Positions 13,912-29,136 of a stretch of DNA of 64,000 nt are shown here, one piece after another. The position numbers were made by a program, and so were the translations under genes. Origin of the DNA: Ascidiella aspersa. Its lineage: Eukaryota. Location of the stretch: the NCBI GenBank assembly GCA_963924565.1, contig OZ004608.1, positions 26,598,001-26,662,000 on the forward strand, given 5' to 3'. The number at the start of each line of letters is the position of its first letter. Positions within the stretch are counted from its first letter, which is position 1. Under the pieces are notes generated by a model. The model saw only the letters and a list, made by a program, of their open reading frames with translations, had not been told where the DNA came from and ran no database searches.

Positions 13912-16900
13912 CTACATGTCGGAATTGTCGTAGATCCACTGTCGGACACCGATACCCACTCTTGTGTAGACCCCCGGTTTCTCGGGGTTTGCACAGCCCT
14001 CACCCCAAGAAACGATGCCAGCCAACCACCAGCTTTGAGATGCAGAGCTGCGGTTAATAAAAACGTTTGTAAAAGTTAAACACTATATTTTTTTATTTTT
14101 TTTTGTTTTAGTACACAAATTGGTGTTTAATTAGTCAGGGACCGATCAAATTGATTACAATCAAACAAACTTTAAACGCTAAATTAGTACATAATTTTTT
14201 TAGTCTGTTTCCCCTCCGTGGGCCCATTGATTTAATATTATATCGTTTTGTTGTTTGGCAATCTTGTTTACCAATATTTACAATTTTTTATAGTAGATTT
14301 TAATGTCAGTTTAAAACCTCCTATACTGTCTTGTCTCACTTTGTTAACACTTTCCTAAGGTCATTGCCAGTTTATTTTGTGTGACTGATTTCCATTAATG
14401 GTGACGACAAAATTCGGATAGAACGAATTTTAATTTTAATTTTTCTTGACTTTACACATATACAGAGGATAGTTGCAATATGCACCTCCAAAGGGTAAAA
14501 GGTCCGCCCGAGTCGCCTTTACATGCGTCTTGGATCGAATCGCCACCAGCACAAAACATCAGCTTCGAGAGAGGTTCTGTTAAACGCTTGTTGCAATAGG
14601 AATTCTTTCGAATTGGAAGTTTCACCTGCCAAGAAACCAATACATGACTAACACATCTACAGATTAATTCCAAAATGTCAAGAATTTTATCTTGTTTACA
14701 CTAAGACATTGACATTATACAGATTTCTTATGAAAGTTTATTTAGGTAGTTTTACAGTCGGGTGTGAAGATTTTTTTCAAGATGTATTGTTAGAAATTAT
14801 ACCAGATATAACCTGAAATACTGAACATGTGCAGTAAACGAAACAAAGTAGTTTCAAACCTCTCTTAGAACTCTCTTGTGAGTCCTTTTCTCCGTTAAGC
14901 CGTACCCAAAAACCATGCCGTACTTAAAAGTTCCTTTTTTGCCTGGGCGTGGCTTCAGGTCTGTGGCGTTGTTAGAGGAATGTGGAACGCACAAGGGCTG
15001 AATAATATATAAGAGAATGTAAAGTAACAAGCAAAAGGCGGTATTTTTGTTTGCATGTATCTTTTTCGTTTGCTTTCTATAATTTCATTCGCGTATAATT
15101 AACTGGTGATATATCTCATTATGTTTGCACCATCAGTAACATCCCCTACTTTGTAAAGAGCTCTTTTTTTGGTCTATCCCAAATGTCTCAGCTCAGTGAA
15201 AGGCAGAAATAAAGTATATAGCTATATAGCCTCCATGTGTACGTTTTACAGCGACCAGGCTCAAACCCCACACAAAACGGATAAAAATCTGCCTACGATA
15301 ACTGACCGCATGTCATTAAATAAGCCTTAAGCTTTTCGTATAATCACACGGTTACGTAAATATACATTAGCGTTGCCTTATACATGTTTTGGCATGCTCC
15401 ACAATGCTATCCAAACTGACTGTGACCAGTCTTACCAAAGAATGGTAAAAGGGAAAATCATAGATTTTAGGAACTGTGCGAAAAATAAACGAAAACAATG
15501 AAAATACGACTTTAATTGCATTTTTAAAAGTAAGTATATACATCTATTCAGTAGGCTACCTTTACACCCTTGGTAAAAATAATTTTCGTTTGCAGTGTAA
15601 TAATGGCGATGTCAGCGTGATAGGATTTCACGTCGTATTCCGGATGAAGCAAAATGTGGCTGATTGTGGCCTGTTGCTGATAGGGCTCGATGTTTCGTAT
15701 GTTGGAATCAAGCTTTCCGGCATAAATCTTAAAATCGGTGGCATTTACGACTGTAGAACAAAGTTATGTAATTGTTATTTGGGTAAAAATCCGATTTGTA
15801 TAGTTATTTATATTAGATATTTTCATAAATTGCAATTGGGTTGAAAGCAGCAGACTGTTAGTGGTTCTACTCAGTTTTGAAAAAAGTTGTACCTATATAA
15901 ATTTATAAGTTGTACCTATATAAATTTGATTATTTTATATTTTTTGATACTCACGTCTCACGCAGTGGGCAGCGGTTACAATGCGGTAAGGTTCGATTAG
16001 ACTTCCACCGCAGAACACACCCTCGTTACCAGGAGTTGTCTGGTAACAAAAATACGATTAGTTTACTTCAGTCGGTTAAAATGTTGCTTAAAAACTACAA
16101 GGAAGCATCTCCCCTAATAAGGTTAGCTTGCGTAAATGACAGGCCTATTAAAGTTATTTCCGGATTTGAAAAACAACAGTTATTTTTAAAGCAAACGCTT
16201 ACGTTAAAGCAGTGCTTTTCAACCCGTAGGACGGTGCGCACTTGTGCGGATGAAAAAAAATTGTAGTGCCGGTGACTAACGCGTCCAGTTTAATGTGCGG
16301 ATGAAAATGGTGCATTTTATTATTTTTATATGTGTAATAATCAAATAATCTGGTGCGCCCACTTATGCGTTACAGATACAGTAATATAGTCTCGTAGTGG
16401 TTCATTGCAGTTTAAGCGATCTATTTTAAATCGGTCGAGGCTTAGGCTCACGGTTTTAATACACAAACCCTTACATTGAAAATAAACTAAAGGAAAAAAC
16501 TAAAAGCTGCAAACTTACTATGCTTGTTTCGTGCGGATGAAAATTTTCCGAAATAAAAAAGTGCGGATGGAAATTTTAAAGGTTGAAAAGCACTGCGTTA
16601 AAGCATTCTGAATTTTGCGTATAAAAATATTTATGTAGTAAATAATTGACAACAAATACAGCTCTATGCTTTACCCATAGGAAAACGCTAATACACGCGT
16701 GCAAAAACTACTAACCCTGTACAAGAAAACCATGAACGGTGCGCCGAACTTGACAACTTGCTGTCCACCAAAAATTCGAGCTTCCTTTTGACGATGTGCG
16801 TTGTTAATTCCCAACGCCCGGCCGCAGACTAAACGAAGTAAAACAAATCGAAAATTTTAGGTTACAAAATCATTACCTACATAGCAAAGCATTATTTGAT

Positions 16901-19900
16901 TGTGTTTGTCACTGTTAGTTAGTAGCCTACTGCTGTCACATGTTAAAAAAAAAACAATTTAAACAGACATTGTTCAAAAAAATTGTATTTTATTTCAAGT
17001 TTTTATAGCTTTGCGATGCTTTACTTCTTTGTAGATTATGATGATGGTAAACTTTATTTTAAAAATATGTCTGGTTACCATATTATTGGATTTTTGTTCA
17101 GCATAATTACCAGTCCGAGTTCGCGACTCAATCTCAATCATCCGCCAAGCGTTTAGTTCATTTCCGTCAAACGAGAACTGACACTTGTACTCGCCAGCCT
17201 CTTCGTAGGTCACGTGATACAGGCTTAGTTCTCTTCCGTTGTGATTGATAACCACTTGGTCTTTTCCCTGTTATTGCGTTTAGGTTTGCACGTGGGCCAA
17301 TGTTACTCCATTTGTCGTTACGCGCGGGTTTACACCACTTGTTAAAACTTTTAGTTTTTTTAATTAACAAGAAACATCGAACAAAAAACGTTTTGCGACT
17401 GTTAACTTTGTCATGAATTACCGAAATTAGCATAACGCGTTAAGTGCTCCAGCTCATATATGTCCAACCTTAAGGGGTTGCATTTGGTAATTTTTTCTAT
17501 ATCGAAACTTAAAAATAGGTATTGCATAGATAAAAAATAGTTTAATAGTTGTATAAAATATCCGAACTCTCTAGGTTCGATAAAATATCTCAACACTCCT
17601 AATTCGTTTATTCATGTTCTGCTACATCCTGGGCGCACACGCCAAAGTAATAATAGCCAAGTAAGTAAATTACTCTATAAAGTCTCAGAATTTAGGTAAA
17701 GTCCAAATTGCTATATTTCCACAATATGTTGATTATTGCAATATATACTCCGCTTTTAGATTAAATTTCAATATGTACAATTCAATTCTTACGCTGATAA
17801 GCTCGTTGCGATTCCTGAACCAAATAATCTTGGCGGTGACCTGTGGAGGTATGACGCAAGTGAGAACGAACGACGATCCGCTCACTATCTTGCCGGTAAT
17901 GCTCACCGCAATTTCGCCGTACGCTTTGGCACAATTAATACCCCTGAATCGACACAAGTATTTGGGGGCATGTTTATTGTTAGTGGTGGTATGACATGTT
18001 TTTGCAAAAATCACTTTATAGCGCTTTGTGCGTGAATTACCCATGTTGTAAGAGCATGACGTAACTGCCTTTAAAGAATAACCTTGTTTTATTGGACTTG
18101 TGTAAGTTAATTAGACGAATCAATCAACTTTTTCCAAAAAATAATACAAATTAGAAAATATAATACAAATTACTTTGAACAGTTGCATGGACGGTGAAAT
18201 TTCAACAGTTTAAAAAGACTTTTCATCTTGGGTCAGTTTGGTCCATAATATGTAAAACTTTCGAAATTCGTATGATAAAATGGTTACAGCAAATCGGGAC
18301 TTCCGATAATATCGGTTTGGAGCCTACCTGATATCAAATGGTACTGTCGGTACTCGTCCGATACTAGGGTGTTATCTGTACCGATCCGATACCAAATTAA
18401 TATAGGGATTTAGGCCAAGGTTTGCGATTTAACGCAGTGACTTCTACCCTCAAGGATGAATTTATCAACAAACAAAAACAAAAGGTCAACAATTCGAGGT
18501 ATCTAAACTTCTTCTTTACTTCTTTCCGCTAAAAATCTTTTCGCCTAGATACCCGAAAAAGTTACTGTTCATGGTTTCAATTTTATCTTATTGCTTATTA
18601 TAAAAAAAAATGACGTCATTGGTATCGAATCCGATTGCAGTACTTTTTGTCCAAAATATCGGTTATCGGTATCAAAATAAAATGTCAAGTATCGGACCAT
18701 ATTAACTACAAACATAGTTTACCTGAAACCTTGCGTACATTCACATACGTATCCACGCTCGTTCGATGCCAAAACGCAAACTCCGGCATGTTTACAAGGA
18801 TTGTTGGTGCATACGTTAACTACTCAAAGAAAAAAATACAGATTACACCTTGTTTACCAAGACAATACAAGTCATCTACGTTTGTCTATCATTATTGACA
18901 AATTTTCTAACCAATTTTGGTGCAAGTCTTTCCGTCGGAATTCAATTCATATCCCTCGTTGCAATCACAGTGAAAGCTTCCGACTGTATTGACGCACACC
19001 TACATAAATGTGTTTATTGTCTGAACGAATAATCTTAGGAAAATAAGAACGAATAATCTTTAGGAAAATAAAGGTATTGTACTTTCTACAACCCTTCGCC
19101 TCTTATCACTGTATAGCAATGTCGTTTATGTATGTCCGTTACAGTTTTACCTTTTGGTAACAACAAAACAATAAGGCCGAGATTTGCCGAATTGAGCGGG
19201 GTTAGTTTGACCCATTTAATGAGTTCACGGCATATACAGTATACGACGCAAGTAGCGTCACCCTGTAGGTAATATCTTAAAAGGTAAAAAAAAACGTTTA
19301 CAAGTGCCTTTAATTACAGATATGCGACACAGGTTTACTAACTTGTTGGCAACCTCCTTTTTCCGTTAGACAATCATTGATGTCTTCACATCGATCTAAC
19401 TGTGGACTTGGCTGAAATCCGTCGTTGCAGCTGGTCACTGTACACCAGGGTTACATGTTTAGTGCCAGTAAAGGTTTAGAATTAGATTCAAAAGTTGAAT
19501 AGTTACTCAAATCCACATGCGGTTCAAGGCATGAAAGGTTGTATGTACAACGTGTCTGGGAAACACCAAGTAACTGTTCTCTTGTTATTAGGTTCGTGCT
19601 TCGTGGAATAATTTGCATTTTGGTATTTTGGGGGGTAATAAAAGATCAGTTACTGTTTTACTGTTCAATAAATTAGACATACATTTTACATGTCATAACA
19701 TTTTAACGGTCGGGATACAGACTATACGGCGTTTTGTGTAAGTAGCCCTGCTGTATACAATAAAACATCTAATTCTAAAGTATAAGTGTATAGCCTTGCA
19801 GTAAAATATGATAAGGGCGATAAAAGTCCAATTAACTTAAAAAAATTAGGCCTTAAACTATGTGTAGCCTAAATGCAATTTTGTGTATTCTTTTACAAGG

Positions 19901-22900
19901 GCAATCTACGGAAATAAGTTAACGAAAAACCTAATAAAAGTTCTACCTTTGGATCCCATTCCGTCGGCAATGTCTTCCCTGCACTCGCGAAGTTGCGAGA
20001 CCTTGGACCGGAAAAGGTCAGGACACATGCACTTTGCACGGGTGGTTCCCCCAAAAGCAGGGACAATAACACAAAGATGACTACACGAATTACCAGCGCA
20101 ACGGTTTTCAACTGAATAAAAGAAGAAACGAAAATGGACTACAGTCATAACACCGAAATAAGAACAACATCAACGTCGGAAAAAAACACACTTATCAATA
20201 AGACCAAAATAGGACTAATACCTAATAGTCGTAAAACCGTCTAATTTGGAATAGCCTCTAAGTTCTAAATCGGTCGGAATAAGACCTAAATAGTCAGAAT
20301 CAGGTATATACAAGTCCTAAACAAAGCCCACCTTAAATACATGACCAATTCCCCTATAATAATTTTAATCCTTCCTACCCCAACAGTTTCAGGCGTTATT
20401 TTGGCCTTTAGGACCTATTCCGACAGGTTTAGGTTTTTATATATTATCCTGTCGTGGATATTACAGAAAATTTGACTTTATTACGTCGTTGGTCTTAATG
20501 CTATGGTATTATAGATTATTCGGCATTAAATATTGTTGCTTTGAGTCTTATGGCGTGTTTCCAATAAAGTCTGAGACTGAAGGATCGTTTGTTATGTTTA
20601 TCATCTCCATAAGTGGGCAGAATGCCATTGCACTAAAATTTTAAGAGTATACCCTGTATACAGGTCGGTTCTTGGGTTTGCCAAACTTTCTAGGTTAGCT
20701 TAATTAAATATAGCTACATCTGTAAACATTTTGTTGTACAAGTATGTGCGTTTGTAGCAACTTACAAGCAAGGTTTGCGTGTAGGTTGTTGAGGATTGAA
20801 ATTCCAGTCGGTCTTTGTAACCCGCTCACCACACCCCGAACGCCATTGCCGTTGGTTTTGTTGCAGGTCATGATGTGTTTACCAAGCCAGTCCGTGTAGT
20901 ACACTAAAAGGTCATGAAAGCACTAAATCAGGCAAATCGCTAGTTTTGAAAATACACCATGATTTTTTTTAATTTTGCAGAAATTTGTAGATGTCAATTC
21001 GAATTGGATACCATGAGGTACCCGATGATATCCTGCCGACCAGACACCGAAATAATGAGGTATTTCAGTCATTATTTGTGATCTAATCAAGCCAAGCGTT
21101 TTTTACCCTAAAAGTATGCTCAATAAAATGCGTTTTCTTACTTTAAAACTTAAAAAAATAAAAGTGAAAGATATAGCCAATATGTCAATATTGAGCGTAC
21201 AAAAGAGGTAAACGAACTTACATCGGTCGTGGTAAACAGCCACACCATACGGATGTGGAGCGAATTTTTGCGATTGCACAAGAACGCGCGGATCGGATCC
21301 GTCGAAGTTGCACGAAGTGATCGAATCCAGCTTGGCGTCCACCCAAATCATACGCTCGTCTTCAAAATCTTTCAGAACAAAGAAAAAAGTAATCGAGCAA
21401 ACGAACAACAATAAAGTTTATCGGTTCAGTTTTGTAGAACATACAGGTTTCGAAAAATATTTGTCAATTCTATACAAATTTGTCCCAGCAGACTAAAAAA
21501 TTACGAAATTCTCTTATCCAATATAACAAGATTTTTGCTTTTAGAACCTTTTTAAAACATATTAGGAAACAAAAACGACAGCCAGTTGAATTTTCCATAA
21601 AGGCTATATTCGTTTAGAATTTGCAACTTTTGCTAACAATGCAAACAATTGCAAAGCCATAAAAAATTAATTGAACCTTAAACAACTTTAGGAGTAGAAT
21701 AAATTCGGCAAAATATATAGTAATGTCCAATAAAAGAGATATTGTTTGTTTTTGGAAAGAATTGTTTGTTTTTTTGGTTAAAATATTTCTAAAAAAACTT
21801 TCAACTCAATGTTTGCCGATGCGCCGTACCGCTGAAAATGTGGTTCTTTTCAATAGAAATATGTTCATTTTTCACCAGGCCATTTCATCATCCGCTTGAA
21901 TGTATTAGTCTCTTTAAAAGTAAGTTGCATATTTGTCTATACTAGACCCGACGATAACTTTAGGTTGTTATAAGATTTCTTGTTTTAGACGACGCGTCAT
22001 CTCTAAAACATTTCTTGCGTTTCGGTAAGCAAATGATTCATTGTTTCGATAAGAATATTATTCTACTTTTTCCCCTGATGACTCAAATTCGTAATCATTT
22101 ACCGGGTACCACATTGGAAGTAACTATACTGTTATTAAAACCAGTTGGCCTAAACTGGATTGTAGTACAAGCAAATTATTTTTTTTGAATAATTTTAATG
22201 TGTAAACAACTTTTTACAACAATTATAGTTGCTAAAAGTGGTAGAAAAAGTGGTACACCTAATGGCAGGTTGGCAGCAGAGGTTTATATAAATTACCTAA
22301 AACTAATCCATTAGGCCATCGAATGTTCACTATCACAATGGTGGTACAGGAACTCCCGTCCATCCAACAACGTTCTATCTTCGGCTCACTTCCCCAATCG
22401 GAAACGAATATCCATCTGGTTAATACAAAATGCTCCGATAAATCTGTTTTCGAAAACGACCTTAGAGTTTATCAATAAATAAACGCAACATAGTTAAAGG
22501 GGAACAAACTGCTGTTTAAAAACAAAAAAACGTTTGTTAACAATTGTGATAAACTTCACGACTTAGAGATCATACGATTCTATTGTTTTCCAGGTTGAAA
22601 CAAAAATACATTTTTGACGCAAGTAGACCATACTAAAGCATAACAGGATTGAACGAGAAGGCATGGTTGAGGCCAAACCGTTTCACTCCTACGGAATGTA
22701 TTTCAAGCAAAACGAAAAGAACAACGTTTACGCCTAAAAAGCGCGTTTACCCGCTTTACCAGCAGCTGAAAGTCAAAGCCTAAAAAATCCAGTATCACTT
22801 ACCCTTCACCGGGATGAGTAGCAATCGCTCGCGGTTTATAAGTTGCGTTCCGAGCAAAAACCGTAGTAACGAAAGTCTCATCGCGAGCCACACTCAGCTT

Positions 22901-25900
22901 GGTCATGAACACTGAGTGCAGCTGTACGTCTGTCCAGTAGAGGTTGGCGCTGATCCAATCAACTGCGATGCCGTCGGCCAAACGCAGGTAGGATGAGTTG
23001 GCCGATCCGTGGAGAAGCGTCTCCGATCGGATCAGGTTATGCTTTTCTCCCAAATAAGCTCTAAAACGGTTTGCGGCGATATCGGTCGATCGGTGATTAT
23101 TTGATATATCTAAACCTTTATTTGTTTATAGTTTATACCAGTGTTTCCCAACCTTTTTGACACTAGTGCCCCCTTGGGCTAAATATTATTTCATATCGCC
23201 CCCCTTATCTTGCTTTACAGTAAAGTATCATATTAATCGTTGTCTAACATCATATCGTCTGCACTTTTGTTTCGATAAGCTGTCCGCAATATTTTAGGTT
23301 GTCTAACATACATTCACTATAGGAATTTATGGATAAATTAATTCACCAGGTTATGTCATTACGAGGAAATATTCAACTTTCTGGACCAATACTATCAGGG
23401 GTCGGCAACCTTTTCTTGTCACGGGCACCAATCAAACTCAGAAAGGTCTCTGTGGGCCGCACAAAATGTTAGCTAAGAATTGTGTTATTGGAATGTTAGA
23501 ACAACTGTGAATCAGGCGGACCTCGGATTTTTTTCATCCATACTACTAATGAAAAGTGTAATAAAACTATAGTTTGAGGAAACGCGATAACCGTAGTGTT
23601 TATAGATAGTGTAATTCAGTGTTTGTTAAGCTCTTTAAGTCCTGGCGCACCTGGCGAGCGAAGCGAGCGCAATATTTTTGGGGTATACCAACATTTCTTT
23701 TAAATTTCGTGCTAGTATTTATTACATTGCCGAAAAAAATCAAAAAATGTTAAAAAATATATGTCTAATACTTTTGAATACGTTTTCCTTTTGTCCGCAA
23801 CCGTAAAAAAGTGCTAATCTATTCCAAAGACAGCATTAAAGTGTAAACAAACTGGACGTAGAAAGATCATTGTCGCGAAGCGCGAAAATTTTTTGCCCGT
23901 AACAAGTTAAAATCGTCAAAAAGTATTTAAAATGGACTCGTGTCAAGTTGTTAAAGAGGTGGAGGGCCGTAAGTTGGCGACCCATTGCTTTAAATATACA
24001 AACATTTTGCCGCGTATAAAACTGTGAAACGCAACAACAACCAACAACTTTACATAAGAAAGTCAATTATTACGTAATAATGGTCGGAAAACTACTACAA
24101 GTTCGCAGTACAAAAGTTGCCATTTAAGGTTAAAAGTTACCTACAGTCCTGTTTGTTACTATTTTTATATGAACTTTTTGTAAAATTTAGCCTATAAGTA
24201 CTTTTATGTAACGCCCCCTTATGTGCATTCAGCGCCCCCTAAATTAGAAACAGACCCAAAACGCCCCCTTGTAACTCGCCAACGCCCACAAGGGGGCGGT
24301 ACCGCCCACGTTGGGAACCTCTGGTTTATACGGTCTTCGTCGAGTAAATTGGGTTAATTTCGCATTCACTGCAAGGAACACTTTAAAGCGGTCTAAATTG
24401 TAAAATAGTGTACGTGTGGAAACTATACACTGGCATATCACACTCAAAAATCCATTTTCCAAACAATTTTGTTTAAATTCTCGATTATAATAGTTATATA
24501 AGTTTTGTCAAATAGTCTGAACCTGTCTCGTGCGTAACAGTAGTTTTGCATTGTGAATATGGTGACTTTTAAATGCATCAAATTATTATAGCACGATTGT
24601 TGGACAAGAAATGTCTGCTGTACTAAAATGATTTATATTTTTGACATTTTTATCCAACAGTTCTCCCATGCAGACATACACGTCGCGCAAGTCAGGCTAT
24701 GTAAGTTACAGTGTTTATTTACTAATTAATTGTAAGTTTCCTCCTGTAAACTCGTCACATCACTATTTAACATGTCACTTTAGCTGTTTATGCGGTTTAA
24801 AACCTTTTTGATTTCATATACCATTATTGAAATAATATACCGGGATATGGTCTTTGTTGTGCCAGTTGTCCAATACACAGCGCTGTTCACTGGGTCGTAC
24901 GTTAAACCGATAACGTTGTTGAGATTGGTTATGAGATTCTTACCTCTTCCAGATCTACACAGGAGAGGTTAACGTTAAGCAAATGTACTTTCGTACACAA
25001 GTAACATTTTCGACAAAATGTGCTACGGTATGTACATAAGTATAAGCATCAACTTCAGTTGTGTTTTAAACTTAATTAAACAAGATTAGACAAGAAATAA
25101 GATAAATGAGAAGATTACTCGCATCAAGCATCGCTCGGGGCAGTTACAAGTTTTCCAACAACACATAATGCGGTCAAAAGGCCAGCGTCAATTTTAAATC
25201 ATCTCTTTCACATTGGAGTTACACAACAACGCTAAGCGAAAGATAGTTTAAAACCCTCGCAATACAGAGTGGGCCAAATGTAGGCTTACAGTTATAGAAA
25301 GTAGGGTGGGTTTAAAAGTAAATTTATTGTTTTGGGGTTCTTCTCATACACCTTGTTCTTTACAACACCTCAAAAAAGAAATCCATTGGTGTCAGGTCAG
25401 GTGAGTGTGGTAGCCATTCAATGCTACCTCTTCTTCCAAGCCAATGTTGTGGAATAACTGTAAGCCTACATTTGGCCTACCCTGTATATTCATAAAGAAA
25501 TCCTTGGAAAAAATTAGTTTTCAAAAGCATTCTAAAATCACTAAAACATCAGTAAGACAGAAAAAAATGCGGTCGATGTTCACCTACCTGGTGTTCCAGT
25601 TATAGTGGAAGGTTTGTATTTTGTTAAGGTCGGCGGCGACAATGTCAACCACGGATCCGGGCGGGGGTTGGGTGGGCGCCAATTTCACGCAGTTTGAGTT
25701 GTCATCGGAGGTCGGTTGGTAGCCGTTTGGGCACGCGCACTGGTAGCCTTTGTTAATGTCGGCCAGGCACAAGTATTGGCACGGGCTGTCGGCGCAACGG
25801 TTCGGACCTTTATCGGAAAATATGCTCTTTAGAATAGCGCCAGTTTAAAGAATATTTCTAAAAAGAATATTCTATGCAAAAATTTCAGGCGTTTGACCTT

Positions 25901-28900
25901 TGTCTGGCATGCAGTGAATACTGTATGATATTTTCAATAATAGCGGATCGGATCCGCCCGATACCAAGTAGTATATTATTAGTACTAGTCTGATGCTGGG
26001 GTTGTATCGGTGCCGATGCAATACTAAACTATTCTAGGCATTTCAGTCATAATTGCCGATCCAACACAGTTATTATTAAAAATAGAAATTTATTAAAAAT
26101 AGTAGATTAACAACTGTAGGTATAGCTAAACTAATTAACACAAAACCAAATTTTGACGAAAATATCTGGAAAAAGTATTTTTAAACTTTCCAATTTTCAA
26201 CACATTTTACAAAAAACTACTATGTCATAGTTTAGTTTAGCCGAACGGCCAAACGTTTACAAGAGTAAGTTTTTATACTCGTAGGCTGGCGTTTTGGGTC
26301 GACGGCCTTGATTTGGCCGGCCGATTTGATTCCTCCAATGAGAAGACGAAGGTTGGCTCCTGTTTTATCAACGCTGTAGATGCCCATTCCATCCCGGTTG
26401 GTCCAGTAAACTGGAATTTAGAAGGAACTTTACTTTTTGCATTATTCTTATTCTAATTTCTTATTACTTTTTCGATTGTTTTGTTATGTGATATATTTTA
26501 AATGTTAGAACATCGATTCGGACTTTTTATATCATTCATTTTATTGCGATTTACTCACGTCTATTTTCCGACAGCGTCAGTCCGACTGGAAGGTTTGCAA
26601 CCCTTTTGCCATTAACAAGATCTACCATTCCAGAGCCGTCGTACAGACACGAGCTGATCTTGTGACCCAAAGCATCCGTCCAATACAGCCTTCTCGTCGG
26701 CAAATAGTCTGCGCAAAATTTAAATGAAATTATAGCTGGCTTAACTCGTGCTACAAATTTTTCGTTATTTAGTTTAGTCCTTTGCAACCGTTTTTACTTG
26801 AGCTGAATCGATTTGCCGGTACATCTGCGAAATATGTGTCGATCGCCAATAACAACAGCGAATTAATATTCAAGGAAGCTTAGAGAAACAAACCGATTTA
26901 TGATTAAAGGCACCTAAGGCGTCAAATATGTGACGTATATTTTGCGATTGACTACAGGTTTAAAGAAAGTGATTGTCTGTTGCAAATTTATTTTTCCTAG
27001 TAGCGTTAAAATGACTTATTTCGATGTTTTTAAATGACTTGACTTGACTTAAATCTATTGGAAAATGATTTGAATTGAAACAAAATGCTTCCATTTAGCA
27101 ATTATGTATAAAATTGTGTTATTTATGTTAATTTTTGAACATAAAACAATTTGCTTGCTATATGTTGCGTTTAAGTTATTTTTTAACTGAGTTATTCCTC
27201 ACAAACGGTCAAGTTTGACAGTTGTAAGTTTTAATAGTATAACGTTTTCCTTGTATGACATTAAGTACTTGACTTGATCTAATTATGACTTGACTGGGAC
27301 TTGACTTGTCATTTATTCGAAAAGACTTAAATTGAACTTGTTAGTTTACGAATATTTTGCGAATGACTTCAATGAGATTTAAGTTTTTTTTAAATAATGA
27401 CTTGTTTACATCACTATATACTTGTCGATTGAAGTTTAATATGGATTTAAAAAAATGTTAAAGTTACACCTGGATTCGTTGCATCAGGTCAAAATGACTA
27501 CCTGGATAAAATGTACATTTTTCGTGTTAATTATTTTAAATTTGAGTTTGCTAATTATATCATTTTAGTAGCATTTGTTATGTTTTGAATTTTCTGAATA
27601 GAGATGATACTCTAACATTCTGTACAACCTTCGAATGGTATTCATAAATAAAAATAGTTTGACCATTACTGAATCAAACACTATTTCGCAGACGACAGAT
27701 AAAGATGTCGTGAGTATGTTTAGATTTAGGCCCTGTGATATTTGTGACATTAAACCTATAAATAACGTGTCGTATGGTTTTTATCGGATTAGGCAGAAAT
27801 CAATTGTATAGCCTTTAGATAAGATATTTCTAAATATTCCCACCGATTGCTAGTCCGGTCACCAATTTAAGGTTGGTAAACACAATCGTAGTGCACGTAT
27901 CACCTCCAACCATTGAGCACTTTTCGATTTTAGGTGCACCACCTCCGTCGCTGATAAACATCAACCTGAAATTAAAACAGTGTTCTATAAAGAATGCAAA
28001 TTCTAAAATAAGCTTTGAAACAAATTAAATTATTTCCTTTTTAGGTACATAATTCCGACGCGAAAAAAATCTTTCATTTCGTGTATGAACAGAAATACCC
28101 ATTTTCCGGGTCCAGCTCTATCGCCCTCGGTGAAAATCCTTTGTCTCTTTTTATCAGAGTTTTAGGTTCAGTTGAGGTAGTGGCCAACACCATTACAGTA
28201 TGGTGACCTCCATCAGTCCAATACAGGTTCTGATGAATCCAGTCAATGGCTATTCCTTGAACAGTCAGGACCTGTTGAGTAAATTTTACGTTATTTTGCA
28301 AAAGTGGTACAAAGAAGCAATCTTTTACTCCATTGATATTTTGTTTTGAGAGATAATTTATTAGCCAATTTTAGTTGAATGTCGTTGGGAGCTAAACATG
28401 GGCAGCGTTTGTCTTTTTCTGTGTTTTAAACCTTAATCTAGCGAGTTTGGTAAAGCGCCGCAACAACTTGAAATGTTTTATATTCAGAATAAATCCTAAA
28501 GTCACAAATCACATTTAAACCGTAGAGATATGGAAATAAAAAAGTTTTAGGCTTCTTTGTGGTTGGGTAGAATTTTGCTAAATTCTAGTTGTTTTTTTCA
28601 ATCCGATGTTTAGTTGTAACATTTTGGTATTATTTCAAATTCGTTTCATTTTAGACCAATTTTTTGTTCTGTTTTCTTTTTTGAATATGGCCTTCTGCTG
28701 AACCGTCCTACCGTTGCATCGTGTTGGAGTCTCTTGAACGATGTTGGCACGATGTTGTTCGTTACGTACGATACACTAAAACAAAAAAATAAAAAAAGTT
28801 CTTGCATTTTATGACATTAATTTTCGAGACAGATAAATCGTTTTCAAACAAAATGACCTTATCGTCATACGTGAAAAATAAGTTGTTACTCAAATTAATT

Positions 28901-29136
28901 ATTGACCTTAAAAATGTTTTATTTTTGTCAGCTTATAGCTTAAAACGCGTATCGAACACACAAAATTACATAAATACACCAGTACTGCAATCACTTTTAT
29001 TGTATTTAGCATCACATGTATTTACCTGATTATCTGGCGCAGTTTCGCATCAGCACAGTATATTATTTTTCGCTTTAGGTCAATGTCCAAAACCGCGGTG
29101 TGCTTTAAACCGTTCACGATGTATTTTATACCCACA
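13912..29136 (-). CDS. Mosaic trypsin-like (S1A) serine protease: 2x(YWTD beta-propeller + EGF), partial EGF, calcium-binding EGF, EGF, Ig, trypsin domain; no TM segment seen
   Basis: 24 in-frame GT-AG exons: 29136-29026, 28775-28712, 28271-28099, 27965-27844, 26708-26559, 26410-26279, 25807-25588, 24954-24841, 23060-22803, 22415-22297, 21368-21222, 20903-20766, 20111-19947, 19437-19343, 18999-18912, 18819-18723, 17943-17793, 17267-17111, 16828-16716, 16039-15955, 15750-15560, 14997-14860, 14625-14486, 14047-13912 (3304 nt, TAG stop). Motifs: [30 protein letters not shown]; cb[21 protein letters not shown]; Ig LTC..IIWFRN..EAGEYKC; activation site CGR...EAR|IFGG; [36 protein letters not shown]. 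Confidence 0.9.
16210..16595. mobile_element. hAT-type MITE in a protease intron
   Basis: TIRs CAGTGCTTTTCAACC / GGTTGAAAAGCACTG; TSD CGTTAAAG; four GTGCGGATG subterminal repeats. Confidence 0.9.
23139..24323. mobile_element. hAT-type non-autonomous element containing a further truncated hAT end near 23397
   Basis: TIRs CAGTGTTTCCCAAC / GTTGGGAACCTCTG; TSD GTTTATAC; GCCCCC subterminal repeats; internal CAGGGGTCGGCAACC end. Confidence 0.8.
25265..25484. mobile_element. Tc1/mariner-type MITE
   Basis: About 31-bp TIRs CAGAGTGGGCCAAATGTAGGCTTACAGTTAT / ATAACTGTAAGCCTACATTTGGCCTACCCTG, flanked by TA. Confidence 0.85.

Noticed and set aside
19947-29136. An LRP/vitellogenin receptor gene separate from the protease
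   Set aside because: The exons splice in frame continuously into Ig and trypsin domains; no LDL-A repeats, TM segment or NPxY tail were found.
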